Origin: Candidatus Limiplasma sp.
Lineage (GTDB): Bacteria > Bacillota > Clostridia > Christensenellales > Aristaeellaceae
Assembly (NCBI GenBank): GCA_045540635.1
Contig: JAZQHO010000213.1
Span: 10,737 to 74,736 of the forward strand
DNA: 64,000 nucleotides
Direction: 5' to 3'
The notes below the pieces were generated by a model. It made no database searches. It was not told the origin of the DNA and saw only the letters and a program-made list of their open reading frames with translations. A program made the translations under genes and the position numbers. This document shows, piece after piece, positions 63,694 to 64,000 of this stretch; within the stretch, counting starts at the first letter, position 1, and each line of letters begins with the position of its first letter.

Positions 63694-64000
63694 ATGGAAG
63701 ACTTCGCAGAACTGAAATCAATGCTCCGGGAGACCCTGCTCAAGGGCGGCTCGGATATCTATATTATTCCCGGCTCCCCCATTACCACCAAGGTAAACGA
63801 GAAGTTTGTGCCTCTTACCGATGGCAAGCAGGGCACCGCAGAGTGCACCCGCTACATTCGGGAGATCTACCAGCTGGCCAACGGGCGCGACATCAAGCGC
63901 CTTTCCGAAGAGGGCGACGACGACTTTTCCTTCGGTCTGGCGCAGGTGGGCCGCTTCCGCTGCAATGCCTTTAAGCAAAGAGGCACATTCGCTGCCGTGC
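63694..64000 (+). CDS. PilT/PilU-type type IV pilus ATPase, partial (continues beyond the right window edge)
   Basis: Not in the ORF track because it has no stop in the window. Translated by hand: MEDFAELKSMLRETLLKGGSDIYIIPGSPITTKVNEKF...DDDFSFGLAQVGRFRCNAFKQRGTFAAV. The FSF..RFR.N.F.QRG block is PilT-like. Confidence 0.75.
   Translation, partial: MEDFAELKSMLRETLLKGGSDIYIIPGSPITTKVNEKFVPLTDGKQGTAECTRYIREIYQLANGRDIKRLSEEGDDDFSFGLAQVGRFRCNAFKQRGTFAAV

Overview
This is a 64-kb chromosomal segment from a high-GC (about 58-60%) Firmicutes/Clostridia genome. Gene content and protein signatures look Oscillospiraceae/Faecalibacterium-like, but that is inference only. All gene calls rest on reading the ORF translations and the DNA by eye; no searches were run. 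I support about 57 protein genes and one tRNA-Val(GAC). I see no rRNA, CRISPR, transposase, integrase or phage genes.

Recognisable blocks, left to right:
- ridA-dpaL and a carbohydrate set: a secreted SGNH esterase plus GH3, GH43 and GH74-like enzymes that lack signal peptides.
- A GGDEF-GAF diguanylate cyclase.
- A putative ychF / ATP-grasp / clostripain(C11) / double-PPK2 operon.
- pnuC.
- A complete 10-gene histidine operon, hisZGDCBHAF(IE)J.
- mscL.
- An ECF sigma/anti-sigma pair.
- A GldA/F/G-like ABC module with a DUF4340-like gene.
- tag, groES-groEL with a perfect CIRCE operator, and mutY.
- Malic enzyme and an MFS transporter.

Most of the window is ordinary core genome. The items most worth a second look are:
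1. An atypical type-IV-filament-like operon at the right edge: a transglutaminase-like exoprotein, a GspF/PilC platform, four coupled pseudopilin-like genes and a PilT-type ATPase. No major pilin, PilB or PilD is visible.
2. A 1144-aa protein with 11 Ig-like repeats that ends in a DnaJ-type CxxCxGxG zinc-finger tail.
3. The C11/PPK2 pair. It carries aromatic-acidic W-motif arrays and a near-perfect 219-bp coding duplication.
4. A TasA/camelysin-like domain fused to a beta-helix, behind a ~180-nt leader.
5. Two promoter-terminator-RBS leaders, upstream of a GNAT gene and of pnuC.
6. A C7G7..C10 homopolymer block at the mutY 3' end.

None of these can be declared novel from sequence alone. Each needs the HMM and comparative checks listed with it. 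The many long ORFs antisense to recognisable genes are treated as high-GC artefacts.
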